64,000 bases of DNA from the NCBI GenBank assembly GCA_013815775.1, contig JACDFN010000001.1:241858-305857 (forward strand), in the 5' to 3' direction. The notes beneath the pieces were generated by a model, which worked only from the letters and a program-made list of their open reading frames with translations, did not search any database and was not told where the DNA came from. This stretch comes from Candidatus Saccharimonadota bacterium (GTDB lineage Bacteria; Patescibacteriota; Saccharimonadia; Saccharimonadales; UBA10212). Below, piece after piece: positions 9,617 through 21,003 of the stretch. Each line of letters starts with the position of its first letter. Positions within the stretch are counted from its first letter, which is position 1. A program made the translations under genes and the position numbers.

Positions 9617-10789
9617 TTGATTATTCGTAAACCAAGATTTACCCTAATTAGGCGTGGCGGCAAATCGGGCGATGAGCCTCTTTTGGCTTTGCCCAGCGTT
9701 TCATCGCGGTTACCCTCTAGATCCCGTCGTAAATATATTCGGTGGGGTATAATTTCTGGTAACTTTCTATTACTTATTGCGGTAGCTGTATTCATTATGA
9801 CCAATCGTTCTGCTAATCAAACCGTGCGTTCGAGTACAGTAAGCAGTGCTGTTGGTACAGCCAGCTCAATATCAAGTCCTCTGGACGAGCTGTCTTCTGC
9901 AAAGATTGCCCTCCAGGCCGCCCAAATGACTAATTTACCGGAGGCTACGGCGGTTAGAAACCAAGCAGATACAGAAAGCACTCTGCTGGCTGTGGCATCC
10001 AGCGATACAAATATTGTCGCTAAGCCTCAAATTGTGGCCACTGCGCAGAAATCCAAGCACGATATTCGACGCTACACCGCTAAGCCCGGGGATACCATAA
10101 CCGGTCTTGCTACTAAGTTTGGTATAGCTCCCAACGGCATTAGATGGTCTAACGGACTAACCGGTGAGCCTATACCTGCGGGGAAAGTGTTATTAATCCC
10201 TCCCGCTGACGGTATTGTCTATACTGTTAAAGCTGGAGACACCATAGATAGTCTCGTTGGTAAATATCAAGCCAACAAAGATAGCTTCATCACTGTTAAT
10301 GATGCAGAGAGCGGCAGTCTTGCTGTCGGTAGCATTATATGGATACCAAACGGAACCCAACCATTGCCAACACTTAGGTTCAGAGCTACGAATTCTAGCA
10401 GTTTTTTCGGAGCGGTGTATGGCAGCAATGGCTACGACAGAGGATACTGTACTTGGTGGGCAGCTTACCGTCGGACCCAAGTTGGACAACCCATCCCCAG
10501 TAATCTCGGTAACGCAATTACTTGGAAATCTCGTGCTCAAAGTGCTGGTTTTGGTACCGGCAATGTGCCCAGAAAAGGTGCTGTTATTTGGACACCGGCC
10601 TCAAGTGGTTATGGTCATGTGGGCTTTGTAGAAGAAATAAATGCTGACGGAAGCGTTTGGGCGTCTGATATGAATTCAAGAGGTTATGCCCGAATGGATG
10701 TTAATAGTGGTAGTGCAGGTGGTTGGAACAGAGTAAGCTATCGATTATTATCCCCCGAAAAAGCCGCTACCTTTGGATATATCTACTAG
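9617..10789 (+). CDS. LysM-LysM-CHAP peptidoglycan hydrolase
   Basis: TM, two LysM repeats (YTAKPGDTI, YTVKAGDTI), CHAP catalytic GYCTWW and YGHVGFVE. Confidence 0.88.
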   Translation: MIIRKPRFTLIRRGGKSGDEPLLALPSVSSRLPSRSRRKYIRWGIISGNFLLLIAVAVFIMTNRSANQTVRSSTVSSAVGTASSISSPLDELSSAKIALQAAQMTNLPEATAVRNQADTESTLLAVASSDTNIVAKPQIVATAQKSKHDIRRYTAKPGDTITGLATKFGIAPNGIRWSNGLTGEPIPAGKVLLIPPADGIVYTVKAGDTIDSLVGKYQANKDSFITVNDAESGSLAVGSIIWIPNGTQPLPTLRFRATNSSSFFGAVYGSNGYDRGYCTWWAAYRRTQVGQPIPSNLGNAITWKSRAQSAGFGTGNVPRKGAVIWTPASSGYGHVGFVEEINADGSVWASDMNSRGYARMDVNSGSAGGWNRVSYRLLSPEKAATFGYIY

Positions 10790-10801
10790 GATGTAGACCT
10801 A

Positions 10802-10825
10802 ATGAGAGGGGGACACCCCTCTCAT
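10802..10825 (+). terminator. stem-loop after the LysM-CHAP gene
   Basis: ATGAGAGGGG-GACA-CCCCTCTCAT perfect 10-bp stem; no strong U-tract. Confidence 0.5.
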
Positions 10826-10950
10826 CGGTGCTTTCGAAGTAAATTCCCCTAACAAAAAAATCTAGATGACGACGTAGTGACAAGTTAAGAGAGTGACAAA
10901 GTAGTAAGCTTAGCTTGCAAGCAGGACGGTGTGATGCGAAACTCTAGGGT

Positions 10951-12228
10951 ATGTTTGTTGATAGAGCACAGGTGACTTTTCAAGCTGGCGACGGAGGCAA
11001 TGGGGTCACCAGCTTTAGGCACGATAAGTTTAAACACCGAGGTGGTCCTGATGGTGGCGATGGTGGCGATGGCGGTGATATTATCTTGATGGCCAGCCGC
11101 AACCAGAACACTCTGGCCGATTTTCGTTATAAAAAAACCGTTAAGGCGGAAGGTGGTGAGTCGGGTCGCAAGTCTAAAAAGCATGGTAAGAGTGCAAACG
11201 ACATGAAAGTCTTGGTGCCGGTTGGTACAGCGGTGATGGGAATGAACGGAGAAACTATTTCAGATTTAACCACAGACGGCCAGATAACTATTATCGCTCA
11301 AGGGGGGAAAGGAGGTTTTGGTAATGCTCATTTCGTTAGCTCTACAAGGCAAGCCCCGCGAATAGCCGAGAAAGGAGAGAAAGGCGAAGTAGTGGAAACG
11401 GTATTGGAGCTTAAGATGATTGCCGACGTAGGCATTGTAGGTCTGCCAAACGCCGGTAAGTCTACACTACTTTCCGTTATCAGTAACGCAAAGCCAGAAA
11501 TAGCTAGCTACCCCTTTACTACGCTGCGCCCTAACCTAGGTGTGGTAGATATAGATAAACGTACTAGTTTACTTTTTGCGGACATTCCAGGACTGATTGA
11601 AGGTGCTAGTGAAGGAAAGGGTCTAGGCGACGAATTTCTTAGGCATGTAGAACGAACTAGTGTGCTGGTGCACCTCATCGATTCATATAGCGAGGAACTA
11701 GAGGGCGACTACAAGACAATCGTAAATGAACTTAAATCCTACAAGATAGATCTTAGTGAACGTCCCCGAGTGGTGGCATTAACTAAGATCGAAGGTAAAG
11801 AAAGTAGGGAACTAGAATCCAAGATAAAGACTTTAAAAAAGCTAACACCTCGCGGTACCCAAGTATTGTCTATTTCCAGTCCTAGCAGTCAGGGCATACC
11901 AGAACTTTTACGAGTAGTTGAAAAGCGCGTAGAGGCAGCCCAAAAAGCCCAGAGTCGTAAGAAAAGTAAGCCTTCAATTCCAGTTATCACTCTTAAGCAA
12001 ACAGAGGATAGCTGGTATGTGGAAAAGTCTAAAGAAGGGTTTGTAATCACCGGCAAGAAAATTGAACGGTTTGCGCGCCGGACGGACTTTGACGATTATC
12101 ATGGCCGGCAGCGACTGCGTGACATTATGAAAAAAATGGGAATTATTCGCGAACTGGAGCGATACAAAATAGAGCCAGAACAGAAAATAGCTATCGGTTC
12201 ACCAGAAATCGGAACTATAGAGTATTAG
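10951..12228 (+). CDS. obgE: GTPase ObgE/CgtA
   Basis: Gly-rich Obg domain, GLPNAGKST, YPFTTLRPNLG, DIPGLIEGA, C-terminal OCT domain. Confidence 0.97.
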   Translation: MFVDRAQVTFQAGDGGNGVTSFRHDKFKHRGGPDGGDGGDGGDIILMASRNQNTLADFRYKKTVKAEGGESGRKSKKHGKSANDMKVLVPVGTAVMGMNGETISDLTTDGQITIIAQGGKGGFGNAHFVSSTRQAPRIAEKGEKGEVVETVLELKMIADVGIVGLPNAGKSTLLSVISNAKPEIASYPFTTLRPNLGVVDIDKRTSLLFADIPGLIEGASEGKGLGDEFLRHVERTSVLVHLIDSYSEELEGDYKTIVNELKSYKIDLSERPRVVALTKIEGKESRELESKIKTLKKLTPRGTQVLSISSPSSQGIPELLRVVEKRVEAAQKAQSRKKSKPSIPVITLKQTEDSWYVEKSKEGFVITGKKIERFARRTDFDDYHGRQRLRDIMKKMGIIRELERYKIEPEQKIAIGSPEIGTIEY

Positions 12229-12305
12229 TTCTTATCCTTGGTATTGATATGGCCCCAAGGCTATAATTCGTGGATGGAGAGCTATTTAATAATATGGAAT
12301 AAATA

Positions 12306-13730
12306 ATGACATTCTACTTCTATGACCTAGAAACTGGTGGATTAAGCCCTAGAGCAAGCCGGATAATGCAGTTTGCGGGCCAGCGAACCGATATGGAGTT
12401 AAGACCTGTTGGCGAGCCGGATAATATCTTAATCAAGATGACACCGGACGCTTTGCCTGATCCCGACGCGGTCTTAGTAACCGGAATTACCCCGCAGGCT
12501 ACATTAGCAGGTGGAATAACCGAATCCGAGTTTGTAAATTACTTAACAAGTAAAGTATTTTTACCGGACACTATTTTTGTTGGCTACAATAACGTTCGTT
12601 TTGATGACGAATTCATGCGGTTTACGCTGTGGCGAAATCTTGCCGATCCTTATGAATGGCAATGGAAAAACGGTTGCAGCCGGTGGGATATCCTAGATAT
12701 AGCTCGTATGACTCGTGCCCTTAGGCCTGAAGGATTAAAGTGGCCTTATGGGGAAGACGGCACACCAAACGTAAAACTGGAAAAACTAAGCGAACTGAAT
12801 AATTTAACACATAGCAATGCACACGATGCTCTTAGTGACGTAATGGCAGTCATTGGTGTGGCCAAGTTAATTAAGCAAAAGCAACCCAAACTTTATGATT
12901 ACCTGCTAAAAAATAGGTATAAGAAAGAAGTACAGAAATTAGTTGAAAAAAATGAGCCGATTATTTATTCCAGCGGACGTTATCCTGGTAATTACGAAAA
13001 AACAACTGTTACGATTGCTGTGGCCTACCCGTCAGACGGCCGTGGTGCCCTAATGTATGACTTACGCATTATTCCCGATAGTTTTACTGACTTAAGCAGC
13101 GCGGAGCTTGCCGCAATGTGGAGTAAAACTGGCAAGGATGCGCCTTATTTTCCAGTTAAAAGACTTGCCTACAATCGCTGTCCGGTTATTGCTCCATTCT
13201 CTGTTCTCGATAGTAAAAGCGAAAAACGATTGCATATAGACAATAAGCTGGTAGCCGAAAATCTACAGAAACTACGAAAAGCCGATAGTTTCGGGGACAG
13301 ACTGCTTGATTCACTACAGATAATGGATAGGAAAAGACAAACCGAAATAGAGCTAAACGAACAATTAGTGGATGAGTTACTTTACGATAGTTTCATAAGT
13401 GGAACTGATAAAACAAAGATGAGCGTGGTAAGGGCTAGTGATCCCCAAGAGCTCGCCAACCTGAACATTAAGTTTAACGACCAACGGTTAAACTTATTAC
13501 TACCAATATATAAAGCCCGCAACTTTCCTAAATACTTAAACGACGACGAAAAAGCTTGGTGGGAAAAATTTAGAATAGCAAAGCTACTTGCTGGCGGAGA
13601 TAACAGCCGCAGCTCAGCGTATTTTAAACGAATTCGGGGACTATCTAACCAGCCAGGTCTGACAGACCAAGATAAATATTTATTGGAGGAGCTAAACCTT
13701 TACGGGCAGTCTATTATGCCTGGCGCTTAA
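12306..13730 (+). CDS. sbcB: exodeoxyribonuclease I
   Basis: FYDLETGG, QFAGQRTD, GYNNVRFDDEF, AHDALSDV, YKARNFP. Confidence 0.93.
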   Translation: MTFYFYDLETGGLSPRASRIMQFAGQRTDMELRPVGEPDNILIKMTPDALPDPDAVLVTGITPQATLAGGITESEFVNYLTSKVFLPDTIFVGYNNVRFDDEFMRFTLWRNLADPYEWQWKNGCSRWDILDIARMTRALRPEGLKWPYGEDGTPNVKLEKLSELNNLTHSNAHDALSDVMAVIGVAKLIKQKQPKLYDYLLKNRYKKEVQKLVEKNEPIIYSSGRYPGNYEKTTVTIAVAYPSDGRGALMYDLRIIPDSFTDLSSAELAAMWSKTGKDAPYFPVKRLAYNRCPVIAPFSVLDSKSEKRLHIDNKLVAENLQKLRKADSFGDRLLDSLQIMDRKRQTEIELNEQLVDELLYDSFISGTDKTKMSVVRASDPQELANLNIKFNDQRLNLLLPIYKARNFPKYLNDDEKAWWEKFRIAKLLAGGDNSRSSAYFKRIRGLSNQPGLTDQDKYLLEELNLYGQSIMPGA

Positions 13731-13980
13731 ACTTCGCCCAAGCCTTCTTTGTTTTTTCTAGGGCCAACTTCATTTGATCGACTAGCCATGATCTAACTTT
13801 TTCTGCAGCCGCGAACTCTGTTGCCAGTATTGCAAATCCACCAAAAATTATTAGCCAGCCCGGACCAGGCAAGGGGAGTAAAACAAGCCCAACTATTACG
13901 ACAAAAGTTCCAATTATAAAAACCAGGGGCTTCCTAACCGCGGCTGGGATGCTCTTCCAGTACCTCTTAAAGCTATCCAT
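13714..13980 (-). CDS. PGPGW-family small membrane protein
   Basis: LLPLPGPGWLIIFGG...LATEF motif. Confidence 0.85.
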   Translation of the reverse strand: MDSFKRYWKSIPAAVRKPLVFIIGTFVVIVGLVLLPLPGPGWLIIFGGFAILATEFAAAEKVRSWLVDQMKLALEKTKKAWAKFKRQA

Positions 13981-13996
13981 ATCTTTATTATACTCT

Positions 13997-14179
13997 TTAA
14001 AGTTTAGGTAAACGTAAACGAAGAAGCTGAACTTGAATAAGAAATAGTCTAATTGAGCGTCTCTCTATATAAATTAGCAAAGACACCAGCAACATACCTA
14101 CAATTATTAGGTAGTGGGTGAAACTGATATAGTATTCGGTGCCCGGAATTTGGCCTAGCACAATAAGGTAGTCAATCAT
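13997..14179 (-). CDS. small membrane hypothetical protein
   Basis: LIVLGQIPGT followed by a TM helix; start MIDY at 14179. Confidence 0.55.
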   Translation of the reverse strand: MIDYLIVLGQIPGTEYYISFTHYLIIVGMLLVSLLIYIERRSIRLFLIQVQLLRLRLPKL

Positions 14180-14326
14180 AGCCCGCCTCTCTCTAAGCAT
14201 TAATCTACCACATTATTGATATAAATGCAAGTAGATTGTAATAAATCTTATGCTTAATGATTTCCCCTTGCAAGGGCCTAGGGTATGGATTTAGTTTGGT
14301 TTTTTATGTATAATCATTCAGCTTAA

Positions 14327-17137
14327 ATGAGTGATTTAATCAGAGTCAGAGGAGCCCGGGAACACAATCTCAAGAACATTAATCTTGATATCCCGCGCGA
14401 TAAGCTAGTTGTGATAACAGGACTGTCCGGTTCCGGTAAGTCCTCGCTGGCTTTTGACACTATTTATGCCGAAGGCCAACGCCGATATGTTGAATCTCTA
14501 AGTGCCTACGCCAGACAGTTTTTGGGACTTATGGAAAAACCGGATGTCGACCAGATCGATGGACTTAGCCCAGCTATCAGCATTGACCAAAAATCTACTA
14601 GTCGTAACCCCCGCAGTACAGTCGCCACAGTTACCGAGATTTATGATTACCTAAGACTATTGTTTGCTCGTACCGGGGTTCCCCACTGCCCTTTTTGTGG
14701 CAAACCCGTTGCCCGTCAGACAATCGCCGCTGTAGTTGACCAAGTTGCGGGTGCTAACGTTAAGGCGAGACTTATGATTTTAGCGCCAGTTGTTCTTGAT
14801 AAGAAAGGTGTTTTTGAACACATTCCCGAGCAATACCAAAGGGCAGGCTTTGCTCGCGCACGGGTTGACGGCATCATCTATTCTCTAGATGAATTTCCTG
14901 TTTTGGATAGAAAATTCAAACATAAAATTGAAATTATTGTTGATCGATTAATTAACGATGATGAAAACAGGACTCGTCTGGCCCAGAGCGTGGAACAAGC
15001 CTTCGATATTGCAGATGGTTTACTAACGGTAAATAACGCCGATACTAAACAAGATGTGAGCTATAACCTTAAATATGCATGCGAAGACCATCCTGACGTA
15101 GCTATTCCGGAACTAGAGCCACGAACCTTTAGCTTTAATTCTCCTCATGGTGCTTGCCCAATCTGCACAGGTTTGGGTAACCGCCTAGAAGTTGATCCGG
15201 AACTGGTTATTCCTAACGGGCGGCTCACTATCGCCGAGGGAGCTATCCGTCCTTTTAATCGTATTAATACAGACGCTTGGCATATGAAGAGGCTGCAGGC
15301 AGTTTCCGATAGATATGGATTTTCTTTGCATGTTCCAACTTCAAAAATAAGTTCGTCCCAGATGGAAAAAATCTTGTACGGTACAGGGCAGGAAACCTAC
15401 CGAGTAAATCTTGGACTTGGACGGACTTTTAACACCACCTATGAGGGGGTTATCCCTAACTTAGAGCGAAGGCATAAAGAAACCGATAGCGACTTTATGC
15501 GCCGAGACATTGAAAGGTTCATGCAAGAACGTCCTTGCCACGCCTGTAAAGGTCGCAGGCTAAAGCCAGAAGTTTTAGCAATAACAGTTGCCAACATGTC
15601 CATTATGGACATAAGTGAACTAAGTATTGATGATGCCGTAATTTTCTTTAAAGAGATCAAACTGTCGCTTACTCAGCAAAAAATAGCCCACCAAATTTTA
15701 AAAGAAATAAACGCTCGTCTTAAATTCCTGCAAGATGTCGGTTTAAATTATTTAGAACTGGCACGCAGTGCGGTATCGCTTTCCGGCGGCGAAGCCCAGC
15801 GTATCCGGCTGGCCACCCAGATTGGATCCGGTTTACAAGGTGTTCTGTACGTGCTTGATGAGCCCAGCATTGGCTTGCATCAGCGTGATAATAATCGGCT
15901 TCTTAGCACTTTAAAACATTTGCGCGACCTGGGTAACAGCGTAATTGTAGTCGAGCACGATGAGGAAACGATTCGCAGCGCTGATTTTTTGGTAGATATT
16001 GGTCCGGGTGCCGGCATACATGGAGGAGAAGTTATTGCCACAGGCACCCCCCAGCAAGTCTCTAAAGTAAAAACTAGCGTTACTGCCCAGTTTCTAAGAG
16101 GTGAACGTCTCATACCTACGCCTAAAAAACGCCGGCCCGGCAACGGTAAGCGGCTTGAAATAAAAGGCGCCAGGGAACATAACTTAAAAAACATCGATGT
16201 AACAATCCCGCTAGGCCAACTGGTAGTAGTAAGCGGTGTTAGCGGTTCGGGAAAATCAAGCTTAATTAATGATATTCTTGCCCGTGAACTCAGCGCCCAA
16301 CTAATGCGAGCTCAGAGTGTTCCTGGTCGCCACGACGACATTGAAGGCATTTCCGAACTCGACAAAGCTATTGTCATAGATCAGTCGCCTATCGGCAGAA
16401 CCCCGCGCTCCAACCCGGCCACCTATACCGGTGTCTTTACGCCTATCCGGGAGCTTTTCGCATCTACTCCGGAAGCTAAAATCCGCGGCTATCAACCTGG
16501 ACGCTTTAGCTTTAACGTAAAAGGTGGACGGTGCGAGAACTGTGCCGGTGATGGGGTTATTAAAATTGAAATGCATTTTTTGCCTGATGTTTACGTTCCG
16601 TGCGAGGTCTGCCATGGTAAGCGCTATAACCGAGAAGCCTTGGAGATTCATTACAAAGGTAAGACTATTAGCGATGTGCTAGAAATGACTTCTGAGCAAG
16701 CTTTAGAATTTTTTGAAAATATTCCTTCCATCGCCCGCAAACTACAGACTTTGGTGGACGTAGGGCTGGGATACATCACTCTGGGCCAGCCAGCAACCAC
16801 CTTGTCTGGGGGCGAGGCTCAGCGAGTCAAGCTAGCCACTGAGCTTTCCCGGCGTCCCACAGGTCGGACCTTGTACATTTTAGACGAGCCAACAACTGGC
16901 CTTCATATGGCCGATGTAGCAAAATTGCTGGACGTGATTCACGCTTTAGTAGACGCCGGTAACAGCATGGTAATCATTGAGCACAACCTCGACGTAGTTA
17001 AATCAGCTGACTACGTCATTGATATGGGTCCCGAGGGCGGAGAAGCTGGAGGTCAAGTAGTTGCCAGCGGTACCCCAGAGCAATTAGCAAAATCTAATAC
17101 TAGTTACACCGGCCAGTTTTTATCCAAAATGCTATGA
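14327..17137 (+). CDS. uvrA: excinuclease ABC subunit UvrA
   Basis: [10 protein letters not shown], two ABC cassettes, zinc fingers, LSGGEAQR. Confidence 0.98.
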   Translation: MSDLIRVRGAREHNLKNINLDIPRDKLVVITGLSGSGKSSLAFDTIYAEGQRRYVESLSAYARQFLGLMEKPDVDQIDGLSPAISIDQKSTSRNPRSTVATVTEIYDYLRLLFARTGVPHCPFCGKPVARQTIAAVVDQVAGANVKARLMILAPVVLDKKGVFEHIPEQYQRAGFARARVDGIIYSLDEFPVLDRKFKHKIEIIVDRLINDDENRTRLAQSVEQAFDIADGLLTVNNADTKQDVSYNLKYACEDHPDVAIPELEPRTFSFNSPHGACPICTGLGNRLEVDPELVIPNGRLTIAEGAIRPFNRINTDAWHMKRLQAVSDRYGFSLHVPTSKISSSQMEKILYGTGQETYRVNLGLGRTFNTTYEGVIPNLERRHKETDSDFMRRDIERFMQERPCHACKGRRLKPEVLAITVANMSIMDISELSIDDAVIFFKEIKLSLTQQKIAHQILKEINARLKFLQDVGLNYLELARSAVSLSGGEAQRIRLATQIGSGLQGVLYVLDEPSIGLHQRDNNRLLSTLKHLRDLGNSVIVVEHDEETIRSADFLVDIGPGAGIHGGEVIATGTPQQVSKVKTSVTAQFLRGERLIPTPKKRRPGNGKRLEIKGAREHNLKNIDVTIPLGQLVVVSGVSGSGKSSLINDILARELSAQLMRAQSVPGRHDDIEGISELDKAIVIDQSPIGRTPRSNPATYTGVFTPIRELFASTPEAKIRGYQPGRFSFNVKGGRCENCAGDGVIKIEMHFLPDVYVPCEVCHGKRYNREALEIHYKGKTISDVLEMTSEQALEFFENIPSIARKLQTLVDVGLGYITLGQPATTLSGGEAQRVKLATELSRRPTGRTLYILDEPTTGLHMADVAKLLDVIHALVDAGNSMVIIEHNLDVVKSADYVIDMGPEGGEAGGQVVASGTPEQLAKSNTSYTGQFLSKML

Positions 17138-17388
17138 GGACTACGCATAAAAATTTTGGCATTGAAAAAAGTATAAGGATTGAGGCGACCCAAGCCAACC
17201 TGCATGATTTGGAGGTCATTAAGTCTATGGTTAGGTACCGGCAGCGACTCCTTCCCAAGCATTCAAGGCGGCAGCTGCTTGAAGTCTCAATCGATGTCTT
17301 GAAAGAAGCAATAAGACTGGAACAGTCACATCGAAAACACGGGCACTTCAATACAGTTCATGAAGATTCTTGTGACGAAATCTTGTAG
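17134..17388 (+). CDS. hypothetical protein
   Basis: ATGA overlap with uvrA, fills the gap to dedA; no motif. Confidence 0.4.
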   Translation: MRTTHKNFGIEKSIRIEATQANLHDLEVIKSMVRYRQRLLPKHSRRQLLEVSIDVLKEAIRLEQSHRKHGHFNTVHEDSCDEIL

Positions 17389-17391
17389 AAC

Positions 17392-18045
17392 CTACTTTTT
17401 GCTTCTAAAAAAATGTTCCCATTCTTGGCTAATAGCAGATTTTAGCTGACGGCGTTTTTCCTTGCTTCTAAGTAACTGCAGCAGCACACTGCTTGTCGTC
17501 GCAACAGTAGCCAGAATTACCAGCGGTACGATTATTTTATCCAGATTAGGAATACGGCTGCCTATCCAATAAGCGGCCAGAGTTAAGCCTATGGTCCATA
17601 AAAATCCGCCAACAATGTTATAAAACGTGAAGTATCCTTTAGGCATTTTTCCCACACCCGCCACAAGCGGCACGATAGTTCTTACTATTGGTACGAAACG
17701 CGCAAATATTATGGCTATTGGTCCATGCCTTTTAAAGAAGGCCTCTGCTCGGTCTACATAATCTTCACGGAAGAGTATGCCATCACTACGTTTAAATATC
17801 CGGGGGCCGGCACGCTCTCCTATCAAATAGCCCACTTGATATCCAACCGTAGCAGCCAAAAAAGCAATAGGCAAAACTAAAAGAATCGGAAAAGTCTCTG
17901 GGTTGGTACTGGCAAGTAATCCAGCAGCTACCAGTAACGTATCTCCGGGTAAAAAGAAACCAATCAGCAATCCACATTCTGCAAAAATTATAAGCGCCAG
18001 GATAATTAAGCCTCCGCTTTGCAAAATTGCTTCAACGTCAAACAT
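17392..18045 (-). CDS. DedA/VTT family membrane protein
   Basis: FAECGLLIGFFLPGDTLL, ARFVPIVRT. Confidence 0.92.
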   Translation of the reverse strand: MFDVEAILQSGGLIILALIIFAECGLLIGFFLPGDTLLVAAGLLASTNPETFPILLVLPIAFLAATVGYQVGYLIGERAGPRIFKRSDGILFREDYVDRAEAFFKRHGPIAIIFARFVPIVRTIVPLVAGVGKMPKGYFTFYNIVGGFLWTIGLTLAAYWIGSRIPNLDKIIVPLVILATVATTSSVLLQLLRSKEKRRQLKSAISQEWEHFFRSKK

Positions 18046-18127
18046 TAATTTAATTGTAACAGGCTGGCGCTAAACCGTTTGATATCTGTTATAATAGCTC
18101 AAGATAATTTAAGAGGTAAGTAGTTTC

Positions 18128-18793
18128 ATGGTAGCCGATGTTGATAAACCGGTTCAGCTTTCTGACCGCGCTGTAGTTCGAAAAGGTCTTGCCGGTCTTA
18201 GGCAGGAAGGATTAGTTCCGGCGGTAATACACAATCACGGGCAGCCTTCATTACACGTAATGGGGGGCGAACTTGAACTGGGTAAAATTTACCGGGTTGC
18301 TGGAAAACACCATCCCCTTGAGCTGCATGTCGGTTCTCAGCAATTTCTAGCGCTTATTAAAGAAGTTCAATTCAATCCAGTTAAACGGCGTATGCAGCAC
18401 ATAGTTTTTCAAGCCATTAGGCGTGATGAAAAAGTTGAGGCTGAGGTTCCTGTTAAGCTCATCGGCGAAGTCCCTGCAGAAAAAGTTGGACTGCTTGTGC
18501 TGCACCAACTGGACCATGTTGAAGTCGAGGCTCTACCTAAAAACCTTCCCGACGAACTAACCCTAGACGCTACAAAACTGGTAGAACTTCATGACAAACT
18601 AACTGTTGGCGATATAACCCCTCCTACAGGCGTTACAGTATTAACCGAACCAGACCACCCCGTCGCAACCGTAGTGGAGACCCGAGCGCAGGTCGCCGAG
18701 GAAGCAGCTGAAGAAACCGCTGAAGTTGAAGAAACGGGCGAAGAATCCGATGGGGCTGAAAACGCCGAAAATCAAGACGCTAAATCTGAATAA
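18128..18793 (+). CDS. rplY: 50S ribosomal protein L25/Ctc
   Basis: LRQEGLVPAV, VQFNPVK...HIVF, EALPKNLP, acidic tail. Confidence 0.9.
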   Translation: MVADVDKPVQLSDRAVVRKGLAGLRQEGLVPAVIHNHGQPSLHVMGGELELGKIYRVAGKHHPLELHVGSQQFLALIKEVQFNPVKRRMQHIVFQAIRRDEKVEAEVPVKLIGEVPAEKVGLLVLHQLDHVEVEALPKNLPDELTLDATKLVELHDKLTVGDITPPTGVTVLTEPDHPVATVVETRAQVAEEAAEETAEVEETGEESDGAENAENQDAKSE

Positions 18794-18844
18794 GCAGTTT
18801 GCTTGCTAATTTTGTAGCAGCAGGGCTGTTTTATAATACTTCTA

Positions 18845-20359
18845 ATGTCAACGTTAAAGCTTAACGACAAACTAGGTAATCTTCCGACTACGCCAGGCGT
18901 ATATTTCCATAAAGGGTCAGACGGAGAGATTATATATATTGGAAAAGCGGCTAATTTAAAAAGCCGGGTACGCCAATACTTTCAAAAAAATCGCCCCCAG
19001 GATACTAAGACTACAGTCTTAATAAATGAAATTATGGACGTTGATTGGATTGAACTGGAAAGTGAAGTTGATGCCCTGTTTTTTGAGGCTGAGCTTGTAC
19101 GTCGCTATCAACCGCGATTTAACATCTTACTTCGTGATGATAAGAGCGCGCAGTATGTAAGAGTAGATTATAAAAGCGATTACCCAACAGTAAGTTTAGT
19201 CAGAAGGCCTTTGGACGATGGCGCCAAGTACTTTGGTCCGTACTTAAACGGGGTAGCGATAAAGAGAGCACTAAGGTTTTTACGTAAAGCCTTTCCGTTT
19301 GCTACCACGCGGCCAATTGGTCAGAAGCGAGCAAACCTTTATTATCATTTGGGCCTAGACCCGGGGCTAGAAGCCGGTAAAACTTCGCTTGAGCAGTATA
19401 GAAGCAATCTCAGAAAACTTATGCAGTACCTAAAAGGCGAGAGGGTAACCTTGGTTAACAGTATAGAAAGAGAAATGAAACGTGCCGCTAAAAACAAAGA
19501 TTTTGAGAAGGCAGCAGCGCTTCGTAACCAACTCTTTTCACTCAAGGAACTTTCCAGGCAGGTGCTGTTTAGCGATCGTGAGCTAGCGGACTCATATCGG
19601 GACGAGGCTATGGCGGAGCTATGTCGTTTGCTTGGTTTAACAAAACCGCCACGACGCATTGAGGGGTTTGACATCAGCCATTTACAGGGCACTGACAATG
19701 TGGCCAGTATGGTAGTCTTTGCTAACGGAGTTCCAGACAAAGTAAGCTATCGTAAATTCAAGATGAGGACGGTTGGGAATGACGACTTTGTCCACATGAG
19801 CGAAGCACTTTCTAGGCGTCTGAGCGAAAAAAATCGTAAGGCATGGGGCTTGCCCGGTTTGATCCTAATTGACGGCGGAAAAGGCCAGCTAAGCGCCGCA
19901 ATTGCCGCCAGAAATAAATCGGAAGCTTCTGGCATTAACATTATTGGGCTTGCTAAACGGCGAGAGGAAGTAGTTATTCATAAAACGGAAAGTTTAAAAG
20001 AGGGTTCTTATGCAAAAATTATCCAAACTGCGCAGGCAATGGAGGCACAGGTTTTTGAGACTGCAGAATTTATAAATATTTTACTTCCAACCAACTCAAA
20101 ATTAATAAAACTTCTTCAACGAATACGCGATGAATCGCATCGTTTCGCCGTTAACTATCACAGCAGTTTGAAACGAACTCGCCAGACCGCTAGTATCCTT
20201 GATGGCATTCCTGGCATAGGTCCAGCTACACGTAAAAAATTAATTAGACACTTTGGTTCAGCGCGGGCAGTTCTGCTCGCCGAACCAACCGAACTCCAAT
20301 CCTTACTGGGCCAACAAAGCGGTGCTAAGATAGCACGCTACTTAAAAACGCTTAGATAA
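18845..20359 (+). CDS. uvrC: excinuclease ABC subunit UvrC
   Basis: GIY-YIG (PGVY...YIGKAANL), FEKAAALRNQ, RIEGFDISH, IDGGKGQL, RIRDESHRFA, HhH. Confidence 0.96.
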   Translation: MSTLKLNDKLGNLPTTPGVYFHKGSDGEIIYIGKAANLKSRVRQYFQKNRPQDTKTTVLINEIMDVDWIELESEVDALFFEAELVRRYQPRFNILLRDDKSAQYVRVDYKSDYPTVSLVRRPLDDGAKYFGPYLNGVAIKRALRFLRKAFPFATTRPIGQKRANLYYHLGLDPGLEAGKTSLEQYRSNLRKLMQYLKGERVTLVNSIEREMKRAAKNKDFEKAAALRNQLFSLKELSRQVLFSDRELADSYRDEAMAELCRLLGLTKPPRRIEGFDISHLQGTDNVASMVVFANGVPDKVSYRKFKMRTVGNDDFVHMSEALSRRLSEKNRKAWGLPGLILIDGGKGQLSAAIAARNKSEASGINIIGLAKRREEVVIHKTESLKEGSYAKIIQTAQAMEAQVFETAEFINILLPTNSKLIKLLQRIRDESHRFAVNYHSSLKRTRQTASILDGIPGIGPATRKKLIRHFGSARAVLLAEPTELQSLLGQQSGAKIARYLKTLR

Positions 20360-20404
20360 GCTACTCGCGGATTAAGTAGTCAATTGATACAATATTACTT
20401 AAGC

Positions 20405-20773
20405 ATGAGAGGTCTATTAATTCATTTTGCCGTACGCTGGCTAGCATCTAGCCTGGGTCTTTTTGTGGCAGCCGGGCTGCTGGGAAGCACTAGACTCAGT
20501 GTGGGCGGCAATTTGACCACTGTTGCTGCAGCGGGCTTTTTCTTAGCCCTGGTTAACATGGCTATTAAGCCCGTCCTGGTACTCTTATCATTTCCGGTTA
20601 TTCTCATGAGTATTGGCATTTTTATGTTAGTCATAAACGGCTTTATGATTCTTTTGGTCAGTTATTTGTATAGTCCATTGTTTGTTAAAAACCTAGGGGT
20701 AGCTATAATAGCAGGACTTATAGTAGGTTTTGTAAACTTTCTGGTAAGCAAAGTCTTGGAGGACTTAGTATGA
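20405..20773 (+). CDS. phage holin family 4 (YvlD-like) membrane protein
   Basis: Four TM helices, LVNMAIKPVL...P...GIFMLVING. Confidence 0.8.
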   Translation: MRGLLIHFAVRWLASSLGLFVAAGLLGSTRLSVGGNLTTVAAAGFFLALVNMAIKPVLVLLSFPVILMSIGIFMLVINGFMILLVSYLYSPLFVKNLGVAIIAGLIVGFVNFLVSKVLEDLV

Positions 20774-20985
20774 ATATCTGGAACTATTTAACTATCGGAA
20801 GCGTAGTGCTACTTGTGATTTTAATACTTATACAAACGCGGGGGGCTAGTCTAGGTGCCGGGCTGGGTGGGGGCAGTGAAGTTAATACCGTTCGCCGCGG
20901 CTCTGACAAAACTCTGCACCAGCTTACGATTATTCTAGTCTTTATATTTGGTGGAAGTATAATTATGACTCTACTCGTACAGTAG
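20770..20985 (+). CDS. secG: preprotein translocase subunit SecG
   Basis: ILIQTRGASLGAGLGG...RRGSDKTL with two TMs. Confidence 0.9.
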   Translation: MNIWNYLTIGSVVLLVILILIQTRGASLGAGLGGGSEVNTVRRGSDKTLHQLTIILVFIFGGSIIMTLLVQ

Positions 20986-21003
20986 CGATGGGCTGACTAA
21001 ACA

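Noticed and set aside
6325-20773. Prophage (baseplate-like and holin-like genes)
   Set aside because: Both genes are embedded in housekeeping operons; no capsid, portal, tail or integrase genes.
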